From positions 469,200 to 533,199 of the forward strand of contig JAMCRP010000001.1 in the NCBI GenBank assembly GCA_023380635.1: a stretch of 64,000 bases of DNA, read 5' to 3'. The notes below the pieces were generated by a model that ran no database searches, was not told the DNA's origin, and was given only the letters and a program-made list of their open reading frames with translations. Source of the DNA: Patescibacteria group bacterium. GTDB lineage: Bacteria > Patescibacteriota > Microgenomatia > JAMCZE01. Below, in pieces: positions 46,879-56,179 of this stretch (position 1 is its first letter; each line of letters begins with the position of its first letter). The position numbers were made by a program, and so were the translations under genes.

Positions 46879-49092
46879 TTACATAGCGCAGTCGGCGCAG
46901 TAGTTTTTCTGGAAGGGGTCGGAAATAACCAGGTGATCTTCTTCTGTCAGTTGATCCGGGGTAGGTTTGTCATTTGGTCCCGGGACTTTGTGGCTATCTT
47001 TGTAAACCAGAACTTTCTGTTTTTGGCCCCAGACGGAATCCTTTTGGGTGGGCACAAAAGCCTTAATAAAATATTCGCCGCGCTGGGGACAATCGTGATC
47101 GGGTAGCAAACCGGACAAACTGCAGACCTGGGCAAAGACAATGCCGTCGGGTTTAACCGGCCATTCGGCGGGTTTGCCCTTTAGAACATAGCCGAAAATA
47201 TCATGCCAGATGGGAGCGGCGCCAGTGTCGCCGGATTCGAGATAGGGTGACATCGGCGAATTGTCATTATTGCCGACCCAGACCGCAACTAAGTAACTTG
47301 GAGTATAACCAATGGTCCAATTATCCCGTTTGTCTTCGGTCGTACCCGTTTTAACGGAAACGGTTTCCCCGGGAATATTTAAGATGCTGCCGGCACCGAA
47401 AGTGGTGGCCCGGGCACTGTCATCTAAGAGGATATGAGAAATAAGATAAGTTACTTCCGAAGGTAAAACCCAGTGGCCATGCGGCACCCAGGGAGCGGAA
47501 CCGTCCCAAGAAGGTTGGGTGGTCTCGGTAGTAAAATGAGTGTTGTCTTCCAAAACTCGGCCGGTAGCGTCTTCAACCTTTAAAATTGGAGTTAAATCCT
47601 GTCGCCGTCCGGCGTTAGCAAACACGCCGTAAGCCACGGCCATGTCGACCATTTTTACTTCGCCGCCACCAAGAGTCAGGGAGTAACCATAGCGGCTGGG
47701 GTCATCATTAAAAGTGGTGATTCCCATGGCGGAGGCGGTGGCGATAAAGTCCGGAACAGTATTTAAAGCCAGTTCTTTTACGGCCGGGATATTAAAGGAA
47801 TTGCCCAAAGCAAACCGGGTTTGGACCACACCGTGGAATTTGCCGTCATAATTTCCCGGACAATAACTTTTGCCGTTAAACGGCGGAAAACAAAACGGAG
47901 CGTCGATCCAGGCGGTGGCTGGGGTGGTAGTGCCTTTCAAAAAACCCAGAGCGTAATTTAAGGGTTTAATAGAAGAGCCCGGGGACCGATTAGCCAAAGT
48001 AACATTAACCTTGCCGGAATCGGAGGCGAAATAATCTTTGGAGCCGATCATAGCCAAAATTTCCCCAGTGCTCGGTCTAGTGACCAGAGCTGCCCCGTTG
48101 CCGACATTTAAACTGGCTTGTTTAGCCACATCCGCGGATAAAGAAGCCTGAACGGCGTCTTGAAGATCTAAGTCCAGACTGGTCGTCACTTTTAGTCCGC
48201 CGTTTTCGACCAGGGTTTCGCCGTATTTTTGCACCAGCAGCTCTTTAACATAGGCGACAAAATGCGGGGCTTTAATCCCGGCAGAAACAGAGGCCATGTG
48301 GAGATTTTCATTTTCCGCAGTTTGGAGCTGGGCGTTGGAAATATAACCATCTTCAGCCATGCGCTGCAAAACCTGGTGTTGGCGGACAACACTGCGACTT
48401 GGATCGGTTCCAAAGGGGGAATAATAAGTGGGAGCCTGAGGTAATCCGGCCAAAAGTGCAGCTTGGGCCAGATCCAGATCTTTGGCGTGTTTGTTAAAAT
48501 AAATTTCGGCGGCCTCCTCAATGCCGTAAGCCGTGCCGCCATATGGTACCCGGTTAAGGTACATCGTTAAAATTTGGTCTTTGGTGTAAATTTTTTCTGT
48601 CCAGAAGGCCAAAGCCACCTCTCTAATTTTGCGCGTTATCGTGCGTTCAGGGGTTAATAAACTCATTTTAACCAGTTGTTGGGTGATTGTTGAGCCGCCC
48701 TCCAGTTGACTGCCGGTCAACATGTCTTTAATGGCCCGTAAAATTCCGCCGGCAAAATTAATCCCACCGTGTTTGTAAAAATCCTTGTCTTCAATAGAAA
48801 TTGTAGCTTCCTTAACTACCTGGGGAATATCTGAGGAGGGAATGACTGTTCGGTTCTCAGAGACATAAATGTTGTAAAGCAGTTTGCCGTTACGATCTAA
48901 AATCTTGGTAGTCTGGGGGACCGGCCGGTCGGTTAGGGCTGTAGGTCCGGGAAGGTCTTTGAGGGTTGCCACCAGAGTAATAAGTAGGGCAATTGCCCCG
49001 ACAGAAACCAAAGCCAAAAGATAAGGAATAAAGGAACGAAAGTCTTTCGGAGGAAAATGGAAACGGACAAAAAGTTTCCTGATTTTCTGCAC
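46879..49092 (-). CDS. Class A penicillin-binding protein (PBP1A family), paralog
   Basis: 'EDKDFYKHGG', 'GGSTITQQL', 'GSSIKP', 'KTGT'. TACAAT lies 6 nt before the GTG. Confidence 0.95.
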   Translation of the reverse strand: MQKIRKLFVRFHFPPKDFRSFIPYLLALVSVGAIALLITLVATLKDLPGPTALTDRPVPQTTKILDRNGKLLYNIYVSENRTVIPSSDIPQVVKEATISIEDKDFYKHGGINFAGGILRAIKDMLTGSQLEGGSTITQQLVKMSLLTPERTITRKIREVALAFWTEKIYTKDQILTMYLNRVPYGGTAYGIEEAAEIYFNKHAKDLDLAQAALLAGLPQAPTYYSPFGTDPSRSVVRQHQVLQRMAEDGYISNAQLQTAENENLHMASVSAGIKAPHFVAYVKELLVQKYGETLVENGGLKVTTSLDLDLQDAVQASLSADVAKQASLNVGNGAALVTRPSTGEILAMIGSKDYFASDSGKVNVTLANRSPGSSIKPLNYALGFLKGTTTPATAWIDAPFCFPPFNGKSYCPGNYDGKFHGVVQTRFALGNSFNIPAVKELALNTVPDFIATASAMGITTFNDDPSRYGYSLTLGGGEVKMVDMAVAYGVFANAGRRQDLTPILKVEDATGRVLEDNTHFTTETTQPSWDGSAPWVPHGHWVLPSEVTYLISHILLDDSARATTFGAGSILNIPGETVSVKTGTTEDKRDNWTIGYTPSYLVAVWVGNNDNSPMSPYLESGDTGAAPIWHDIFGYVLKGKPAEWPVKPDGIVFAQVCSLSGLLPDHDCPQRGEYFIKAFVPTQKDSVWGQKQKVLVYKDSHKVPGPNDKPTPDQLTEEDHLVISDPFQKNYCADCAM

Positions 49093-49132
49093 GGCTTGAT
49101 TGTACCACGGACTTTGGGTTATTCTAAATTCA

Positions 49133-49690
49133 ATGAAGATTAATAATATCGCCTTTTTGGGGTTTGCCGAGTGTAAACCGGAAAGTGACGAGTATAAAGA
49201 AGCTTTCGAAACGGCTAAACTTCTGGCGCAGGCGGGTTATACCATTATCGACGGCGGGGGACCGGGGATCATGCGGGCGGCTACCGAAGGGGCCCATGCC
49301 GGCGGGGGAAAAGCCATTGGCATTACTTATTATCCGGAAAGCAAGGAGCCAAACTTTGAAGGCCGGGACCCGGAAAATAAATTTGATGAAGAAATTATTG
49401 CCGACACCTATGTTGAACGGACGCTGCGAATTATGAACATGGCGGATGTCTATCTCATATTTAATGGCGGGACAGGAACGATTTCGGAGTTTGGCATGGC
49501 TTGGGGCTTAGCCCGGATTCATTTCGGCCACCACCGGCCTCTGATTTTGTTTGGCAATTTCTGGCACCAAATTATTGAAGCTTTCGGCAAGGGCATGCAT
49601 CTGCGGCCGGAAGAACTTCAGGTTTACCACATCGTGACCACTCCCGAAGAGGCGTTGATTAAGATTAAAGCGCTGGAAGCCGGCACGTAA
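49133..49690 (+). CDS. LOG family protein (nucleotide monophosphate phosphoribohydrolase-like)
   Basis: 'GGGPG.M.A...GA', 'Y.ER', 'GG.GT.SE'. Confidence 0.88.
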   Translation: MKINNIAFLGFAECKPESDEYKEAFETAKLLAQAGYTIIDGGGPGIMRAATEGAHAGGGKAIGITYYPESKEPNFEGRDPENKFDEEIIADTYVERTLRIMNMADVYLIFNGGTGTISEFGMAWGLARIHFGHHRPLILFGNFWHQIIEAFGKGMHLRPEELQVYHIVTTPEEALIKIKALEAGT

Positions 49691-49698
49691 TTTTTAAT

Positions 49699-50382
49699 TT
49701 GAAATTTCAAATTGTGGATATTGCTAAATATCTCGACTTAGCTAATCATCATCCCAACTCTACTGAGGCGGATATTAAAAACATCTGCGACAAGGTAAAA
49801 GAATACGGCTTTAATTCCGCTTTTGTAAATCCGTTCTATATTCAGTACGCGAAAAGTTTTGGAGTAAAGGTCGGAACGGTAATCTCCTTCCCGTTGGGTC
49901 AGGAAACTCTATCCGTAAAAAGTGGCTGCGCGGAAAGCTACGCCTCGCTGGGGGCTGACGAGCTGGATGTTTCCTTAAATGTTGGGTACATCAAGTCGGG
50001 AAAATATACCGAGAGTTTGGTGGAAATGAAAGCGGTGGTGGAAGCAGCCAGAAGGATTAATCCTAAGATAATCATTAAATTTATTCCGGAAACCGGTTAT
50101 TTAACCCCCGATGAGATTAAGCAGACGGCAGAAATCATGGCCGATTCTGGCGCGGATTTTTTCAAAACCTGTTCGGGGCTGGGGCCGCGGGGAGCTACCG
50201 TCGAAGATATCAAACTAGTTCGCGAAGCCATTGGTAAGAAGCTAAAGATAAAAGTGGCCGGTGGCATTGAAACTTTTACCCAGGCAAAATCCTTTATCGA
50301 TGCCGGAGCGGACCGCATTGGAACTTCTCATGCGGTGGAAATTACGACTAAGTCCGCCGCTACAAAATTCTCCGGAGAGTAG
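49699..50382 (+). CDS. deoC: Deoxyribose-phosphate aldolase
   Basis: 'VISFPLG', 'GADE.D', 'K.I.ET..L', 'GADF.KT.SG', 'IK.AGGI', 'GA.RIGTS'. Start uncertain. Confidence 0.93.
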   Translation: MKFQIVDIAKYLDLANHHPNSTEADIKNICDKVKEYGFNSAFVNPFYIQYAKSFGVKVGTVISFPLGQETLSVKSGCAESYASLGADELDVSLNVGYIKSGKYTESLVEMKAVVEAARRINPKIIIKFIPETGYLTPDEIKQTAEIMADSGADFFKTCSGLGPRGATVEDIKLVREAIGKKLKIKVAGGIETFTQAKSFIDAGADRIGTSHAVEITTKSAATKFSGE

Positions 50383-50396
50383 TGTAATATGAATAT

Positions 50397-51314
50397 ATGC
50401 TGCCCGAGTTTGTTTGCGTGGGGGACGCGACCCGCGATTTTTTCATTTTTCCTGAAAGCCTGACCGTAACCAACGGCAAACTGGAGCTGGAATACGGGGC
50501 CAAAATTCCGGTTTCCGACATTGCCTGGTCGCTGGGCGGCAACGCGGCCAATGTTTCCGTGGGACTGTCCCGGCTGGGAATAAACGCTGCCTTGGTAACC
50601 ATCTTTGGCGATGACGACCGGGGAGTCTGGATTAAACGGGAACTAATGAAAAATAATGTCGTTTTAGACTATTCTGTAATTGATCCGGCGCGCCAGTCCA
50701 ATCTATCGACGGTGATCGTGGTCGGCGGCGACCGGACAATTTTAAGCTATCACGCTCCAACAACTCAAAAAATCGCTAAAATCCCTGAAACTAAGTGGCT
50801 GTATCTGACCTCGTCTGCCGGAAAAAGTTCCGACGAAACCTTTGCGGCGATAGAAACTTTCCTGACTGCCCGCGGCCAATCGGGCGGTCTCTGCCCCAAA
50901 ATTGCCTTTAACCCCAATATGCAGGATTTAAAGAAGGGCCGGGAATATCTCCAATCGATTTTAGCAGTGACCGAAGTTTTAATCCTTAATAAGGAAGAGC
51001 TGGAAACTTTAATCGGGGAAGTGACAGAAGAAAAGATGCGGGAACTAGGACCAAAAATAATTGCCGTGACTGACGGACCCAACGGGGCCGGAATTTTTGA
51101 TGGCCAAAAGTATTGGCAAAAACCTTCTGTCGGCGGTAAAGCAGTTGAAGCCACCGGAGCCGGAGATGCCTTTAGCAGCGGCTTTCTGGCCGCGCTGTAT
51201 TACGGTAAAAATCTGGAAGAGGCCCTCGATTGGGGACTGCGAAATTCAGGTTCTGTTATTAAGAGGGTTGGAGCCATAGAAGGTCTCCTGGATAAAAATG
51301 CTATCTCAATTTGA
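50397..51314 (+). CDS. PfkB family carbohydrate kinase
   Basis: 'GG.A.N...GL.RLG', 'VT.G..G', 'TGAGDAF..GF'. Confidence 0.92.
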   Translation: MLPEFVCVGDATRDFFIFPESLTVTNGKLELEYGAKIPVSDIAWSLGGNAANVSVGLSRLGINAALVTIFGDDDRGVWIKRELMKNNVVLDYSVIDPARQSNLSTVIVVGGDRTILSYHAPTTQKIAKIPETKWLYLTSSAGKSSDETFAAIETFLTARGQSGGLCPKIAFNPNMQDLKKGREYLQSILAVTEVLILNKEELETLIGEVTEEKMRELGPKIIAVTDGPNGAGIFDGQKYWQKPSVGGKAVEATGAGDAFSSGFLAALYYGKNLEEALDWGLRNSGSVIKRVGAIEGLLDKNAISI

Positions 51315-51372
51315 AATTTGAATTTTTCAATTTGAATTTAATTTCAAATTTTAAATTTCAAAATGAAAATTG
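51306..51372. repeat. AT-rich (AATTTGA/AATTTCA) heptamer repeat tract
   Basis: tcaatttgaaatttgaatttttcaatttgaatttaatttcaaattttaaatttcaaaatgaaaatt; contains the pfkB stop codon. Confidence 0.65.
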
Positions 51373-51387
51373 GAGTTGAAAAAGAAA

Positions 51388-52251
51388 ATGGAAAATCAGT
51401 TAAAAGCTTTCCTAGACAAAGCAAATAGGGAAAAGTTTGCTATTGGCGCTTTTAATTTGGATAGCCTAGAGACTTTAAAAGCCCTAGCAGCAGCGGCGAA
51501 AAAAATGCGGGCGCCAGTTTTGGCGGAAGTGTCGCCGGGAGAAGTGGATTATATTGGTATCCGGAATTTAGCAGCTTTAATCGATAATACGAGACGCGAG
51601 TTTGGGATACCGCTTTTTCTCAATCTCGATCATGCGGAAGATACCGACAAGATAGAAGAAGCTTTAAATTTCGGTTTTGACCTGGTTCATTATGACGGCT
51701 CAAAGTTGTCGTTTGAGAAGAATTTGCATAACGCGATTCCGGTAGTCAAAGCCGCCCACGAAAAAGGAATTTTAGTCGAGGGAGAGTTTGATCATTTTCC
51801 CGGGAGTAGTGAACTGCATGAAGAGACTTCTACGGACTCAGAGCAGATTCTCACCGACCCCGAAATGGCCAGAGCCTTTGTAAAAGAAACGAGAATAGAT
51901 ATTTTGGCCGTTTTTGTCGGGAATAAGCACGGGGTCTATACCGACGGCAGCGAGCGGATTAATTTAGAGCATTTAAAAAAACTGCGGGAGATTTTACCTG
52001 ATACCTGGTTTTCGCTGCACGGCGGATCGGGGATACCAGCCGAAGATATCAGGGAAGCGATAAAGTACGGCATCGTTAAGGTGAACATTAATACCGAACT
52101 GCGCCTGGCCTGGCGGGAAAGTTTGGAAGTAACCCTTGGTGATAACCGCCATGAAGCTGCCTGGTACAAACTGACCGAAAAACCAATTGCTGAAGTAGAA
52201 AGGGTCATCGAAGAGAAGATCAAGGTTTTCTCCGGTTCTAGTTCAGATTGA
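51388..52251 (+). CDS. fba: Class II fructose-bisphosphate aldolase
   Basis: 'A.GAFN', 'LDH', 'DGS', 'VEGE', 'GN.HG', 'LHGGSG', 'K.N.NTE'. Confidence 0.93.
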   Translation: MENQLKAFLDKANREKFAIGAFNLDSLETLKALAAAAKKMRAPVLAEVSPGEVDYIGIRNLAALIDNTRREFGIPLFLNLDHAEDTDKIEEALNFGFDLVHYDGSKLSFEKNLHNAIPVVKAAHEKGILVEGEFDHFPGSSELHEETSTDSEQILTDPEMARAFVKETRIDILAVFVGNKHGVYTDGSERINLEHLKKLREILPDTWFSLHGGSGIPAEDIREAIKYGIVKVNINTELRLAWRESLEVTLGDNRHEAAWYKLTEKPIAEVERVIEEKIKVFSGSSSD

Positions 52252-52471
52252 TTTCGTGATATATCTGCGGTTGACAGTCACTTCTTTTTTCTAATGGAAC
52301 AAGAAGATTACTACTGGACAGGTCGGCTATAAGTGCCAGGGTGAAGCATTCGCTGAAACTGATTCTGGATTGGATTGCCAGATAGAGCCGTTCGGCCCGA
52401 AGTTTATGTCTTTCGTGGGGTGTTTGGCCCGACCGGCGGCGGAAATTAAAGGATTCGTAAAATTCGTCCAT
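52238..52471 (-). CDS. Small hypothetical protein
   Basis: Fills the fba-gyaR gap on the minus strand (MDEFYESF...); no motif. Confidence 0.35.
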   Translation of the reverse strand: MDEFYESFNFRRRSGQTPHERHKLRAERLYLAIQSRISFSECFTLALIADLSSSNLLVPLEKRSDCQPQIYHEINLN

Positions 52472-52534
52472 GTTATCCGGATCATACAAAGAAACGAGTT
52501 GAAAAAGAAGCCGGTAAATGACACTATTAATTAG

Positions 52535-53473
52535 ATGAAAGTTGTAATTACTCACCATATTCCCGGACCGGCGGAAGAAATGCTAAAGAAGGCCGGATAC
52601 GAAGTGGCTGTCGGGTCAGACATGACCGGGGCGGACGCGCTCCTGACTTTACTTACCGATAAAATTGACGGGGCAGTGATGGATGCGGTAGGGGAGCAGC
52701 TAAAAATTATTGCCAATTATGCGGTCGGCTACGACAATATTGATCTGGAAGCGGCCACGCAGAGAAATATCTTTGTTACCAACACTCCGGGGGGTTTTGA
52801 AAGATCAGTGGCGGAACATACAATGCTTTTGCTTTTGGCGGTGGCCCGGAAACTTATTCCGGCGGACCGGTTTTTGCGCAATAACGAGTACGAGCGCTGG
52901 GACCCGAATTTATTTTTAGGAGACGAACTGTACGGGAAAACTTTGGGCATAGTCGGGTTGGGTCGAATCGGATCATGTGTTGCCAAAATTGCCGCGGCGG
53001 GGTTCGGAATGAAAATTTTATACCATTGTCACACTCCCAATCCTGACCTGGAAAAAGAGCTGGGGGCGACACATTACCTTAATTTGCTGGAAATGCTGCC
53101 TTTATGCGACGCGGTTTCTTTGCATGTGCCTCTGACTCCGGAAACGAAGCATTGCATCGGGCAAAAAGAGCTGTCCAGTATGAAAAAAACGGCCTATTTA
53201 ATTAATACTGCCCGGGGAGCAGTGGTGGACGAAATGGCTCTGGCAAAAGCCCTACAGGAAAATTGGATCGCCGGGGCGGGGTTGGATGTGTTTGAAGATG
53301 AAACCAAAACTGTCACGGAGTCAGAAAGTATTCTCTATAAACTAGATAATGTCGTCTTAACGCCGCACATCGCCTCAGCGACGATAGCCGCGAGAAACGA
53401 AATGAGCCGAATTGCTGCGGAAAATATTCTTACGGCTTTGTCCGGTCAGACGCCGAAGGATTTGGTGAAGTAG
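52535..53473 (+). CDS. D-isomer 2-hydroxyacid dehydrogenase (glyoxylate/hydroxypyruvate reductase, GyaR-like)
   Basis: 'AVGYDNID', 'NTPG', 'G.GRIG', 'LINTARG', 'LDVFE', 'PHIASA'. Confidence 0.93.
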   Translation: MKVVITHHIPGPAEEMLKKAGYEVAVGSDMTGADALLTLLTDKIDGAVMDAVGEQLKIIANYAVGYDNIDLEAATQRNIFVTNTPGGFERSVAEHTMLLLLAVARKLIPADRFLRNNEYERWDPNLFLGDELYGKTLGIVGLGRIGSCVAKIAAAGFGMKILYHCHTPNPDLEKELGATHYLNLLEMLPLCDAVSLHVPLTPETKHCIGQKELSSMKKTAYLINTARGAVVDEMALAKALQENWIAGAGLDVFEDETKTVTESESILYKLDNVVLTPHIASATIAARNEMSRIAAENILTALSGQTPKDLVK

Positions 53474-53684
53474 TTACTGCTCGTTGTTCGAAAGGACAAT
53501 GGCCCGAGCGGGTACAAACGCAAAACCTCTGGCCGGTTTTGACGAAGCCCCGGGAAAACTGATAGCCGCCTTCTGTAAAAATGGCCACTGAAACTCTCTG
53601 GCCTGCCATTGTCGGGTCCTGACAAGTTGTTTTGTCCGGCAGCCGCTTGTTTTTCCTTTCCGGCATCTGGCTATTTTCCCCCAT
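53430..53684 (-). CDS. Small Cys-containing hypothetical protein
   Basis: 84-aa ORF with 'CVCTRSGHCP'; an alternative frame (53474-53791) also exists. Confidence 0.3.
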   Translation of the reverse strand: MGENSQMPERKNKRLPDKTTCQDPTMAGQRVSVAIFTEGGYQFSRGFVKTGQRFCVCTRSGHCPFEQRAVTTSPNPSASDRTKP

Positions 53685-53726
53685 TTTTCCGGAAAGTCAA
53701 TTTGGCTAATCGTCGAAATAATCGAG

Positions 53727-53936
53727 CTAAGATTTAGGGGCTGGATTAGGGGAGGGAATTTCGTTGATTGAAACCCGGCGAAAGTAGACAAAAGCGGATT
53801 TTTTGCCGTGGTCCGGGCAGACGGCTATTAAATCGTTTTCGGGGGGTAAGCGCCGGGAAGCAGTCACCACCCGGCGAAAATAATGGGGCCCTTCCGGACA
53901 TTCATTAGTAATCACAAATAAGCGTTTTTCGGTCAT
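53727..53936 (-). CDS. Small hypothetical protein, possible Zn-ribbon
   Basis: 'CPEGPH' and 'CPDHG' knuckle-like pairs. Confidence 0.45.
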   Translation of the reverse strand: MTEKRLFVITNECPEGPHYFRRVVTASRRLPPENDLIAVCPDHGKKSAFVYFRRVSINEIPSPNPAPKS

Positions 53937-53970
53937 AGGCAGCTTTCTTGGCAAATGCTACACTAAATTG

Positions 53971-54975
53971 ATGATGAAACTGTTAACAATTGATCAGGAA
54001 GAAGTGAAGGAGAAGCGGGTGCTGGTAAGGGGAGATATTGACGTTCCGCTTCAAATTCCAAGCTCCAAATCCCAAATTCCAATAATCACTGACGACACAC
54101 GACTGCAAGCGATGAAACCGATGCTGGAATACCTTATTAAAAACGAGGCTTCGGAAATAATTCTTTGCGGACATATAGGCAGGCCGGAAGGGAAAGTGAG
54201 GCCGGAGTTGTCAACTAAACCCGTACAAGAATGGATAAGCGGGAAAGTGGGTAAGCAGGTAAGGGTTTTAGAAAACTTAAGGTTCGACCCGAGAGAAGAG
54301 GCCAATGATGAAAGTTTCGCGCGCGAATTGGCCGCAATGGCGGATATTTATATTAATGAAGCTTTTGCCGCTTGCGAGAGAGAACACGCGTCTATCGTCG
54401 GAGTACCGAAGCTGCTCCCGCATTACGCTGGATTTAGGTTAGCGGAAGAGGTAGAAAAATTAAGCAGGGTAATGGATAACCCGGAGAGACCAATGCTGGT
54501 AATTATCGGCGGAGCGAAGTTGGAAACAAAACTGCCGGTCATTACAAAAATGGTGCAAGCGGCTGATGAGATAGTTGTGGGAGGGAAATTGTTGGGGGAG
54601 ATAAAGGACAAAGGATCCGGAACAAAGATCCACTACCTTGAATTGACTGACGGCGGGAAAGATGTCACACTGGAATCAATCGACGCTAATAAAGAGGCGA
54701 TTGCCGACGCAGCGACCATTGTCTGGAACGGGCCGATGGGAGTAGTGGAGGACTACACCTTTCAAGTTGGCACTAGGAGAATCGCCGAATTGGTCGCCAG
54801 CAATCAAAAGGCGAATAAGATTATCGGTGGCGGGGATACAATTGGATTTGTGAATAAGTTGGGGTTATTAGATAAGTTTCAGTGGGTGAGCACGGGCGGA
54901 GGGAGCATGCTGAAATTTTTAGCCGGGGAAAAACTACCCGGCATTGAAGCACTTTATGATCAGACTGGCAATTAA
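53971..54975 (+). CDS. pgk: Phosphoglycerate kinase (shortened)
   Basis: 'R.D.DVP', 'H.GRP', 'LENLRF', 'GGAK', 'WNGPMG', 'GGGDT', 'STGGG'. Confidence 0.95.
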   Translation: MMKLLTIDQEEVKEKRVLVRGDIDVPLQIPSSKSQIPIITDDTRLQAMKPMLEYLIKNEASEIILCGHIGRPEGKVRPELSTKPVQEWISGKVGKQVRVLENLRFDPREEANDESFARELAAMADIYINEAFAACEREHASIVGVPKLLPHYAGFRLAEEVEKLSRVMDNPERPMLVIIGGAKLETKLPVITKMVQAADEIVVGGKLLGEIKDKGSGTKIHYLELTDGGKDVTLESIDANKEAIADAATIVWNGPMGVVEDYTFQVGTRRIAELVASNQKANKIIGGGDTIGFVNKLGLLDKFQWVSTGGGSMLKFLAGEKLPGIEALYDQTGN

Positions 54976-55996
54976 CGGTTACGGGCGGATTGGCCGGGTG
55001 GCTCATCGGGTGATTTTGGAAAGATTTTCCGACCAGATAGAGATTGCCGCGATTAACGGTGGCGCTTCCACGGATACGGTTGGCTGGGCCTACCTTCTGA
55101 AATATGACACGGCGTACGGGATTTTGAATAATCATCTGGTTGCCGGCGAGCCGGGAAAACTGGTCGTTGACGGAAGAGACATTCCTTTTTTAACGGAAAA
55201 GGATCCGGCCAAATTGCCCTGGAAAGATCTTAATATCGATGTAGTGCTCGAATGCACCGGTCAATTTACTACGGCGGAAAAAATTAAACCCCATCTGGAT
55301 GCCGGAGCCAAAAAAGTAGTTTTGTCCGCGCCGGCTAAAGACAGCACCATTAAAACTTTTGTTCTGGATGTCAATTTGGATCCCGGAGTCAAAACAATGT
55401 CCGGAGCTTCAAACTTACCTGCCGATCAAGTAATTTCTAACGCTTCCTGCACGACCAACTGCATTTCCCCGGTGGCTCAGATTATGGTCGAGAAATTTGG
55501 CGTTAATAAGGCCATGATGACCACCATGCACGCCTACACTTCCGACCAAAGGCTTCAGGATGGGGGCCACAAAGATTACCGCCGGGCGCGGGCAGCCGGC
55601 CAAAACATTATCCCAACCACGACCGGAGCCGCCATTGCCGCCACCGAAACCGTGCCGGAATTAAAAGGTCTGTTTACCGGGGTTGCCATAAGAGTTCCGG
55701 TGATCGTGGGGTCGCTTTCCGATTTTACTTTTCATTTAAAGCGGACTACGACCGTCGAAGAAGTAAACGGTGTTTTGAAAACAGCGGCTGAAAGCCCGCG
55801 GTACAAAAATGTCCTGGAAGTATCCAGCGACCCCCTGGTTTCCTCGGATATCGTCGGCAATCCGCACTCGGCTATAGTCGATTTGTCATTGACTCAGGTT
55901 GCCGGCGGGGATTTAGTTAAGGTTTTTGCCTGGTATGATAACGAATGGGGTTATGCAAACAGATTGGTCGAAGAAGCGATATTAGTCGGGAGCTAA
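54956..55996 (+). CDS. gap: Type I glyceraldehyde-3-phosphate dehydrogenase
   Basis: 'INGYGRIGR', 'ASCTTNC', 'IIPTTTGAA', 'RVP', 'WYDNEWGY'. Confidence 0.97.
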   Translation: MIRLAINGYGRIGRVAHRVILERFSDQIEIAAINGGASTDTVGWAYLLKYDTAYGILNNHLVAGEPGKLVVDGRDIPFLTEKDPAKLPWKDLNIDVVLECTGQFTTAEKIKPHLDAGAKKVVLSAPAKDSTIKTFVLDVNLDPGVKTMSGASNLPADQVISNASCTTNCISPVAQIMVEKFGVNKAMMTTMHAYTSDQRLQDGGHKDYRRARAAGQNIIPTTTGAAIAATETVPELKGLFTGVAIRVPVIVGSLSDFTFHLKRTTTVEEVNGVLKTAAESPRYKNVLEVSSDPLVSSDIVGNPHSAIVDLSLTQVAGGDLVKVFAWYDNEWGYANRLVEEAILVGS

Positions 55997-56131
55997 TTAT
56001 TTTTTCTTTTTTTCAACTTTGGCTTCGTCTTCATCGGGGATTTGAGTCAGAATCAGAAATAAAATTATGCCGGCAAAGACCGAGGTTCCAATGATAAAAA
56101 CATTAACTGGAATGGCGTCAATTAACCACAT
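55997..56131 (-). CDS. 44-aa single-pass membrane microprotein
   Basis: Translated by hand: MWLIDAIPVNVFIIGTSVFAGIILFLILTQIPDEDEAKVEKRKK. Not in the ORF track. Confidence 0.55.
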   Translation of the reverse strand: MWLIDAIPVNVFIIGTSVFAGIILFLILTQIPDEDEAKVEKKKK

Positions 56132-56179
56132 ATCTACTTGCAATTGTAGGCGGAAAGTCGGAAGATATTCAAGAGGGAG

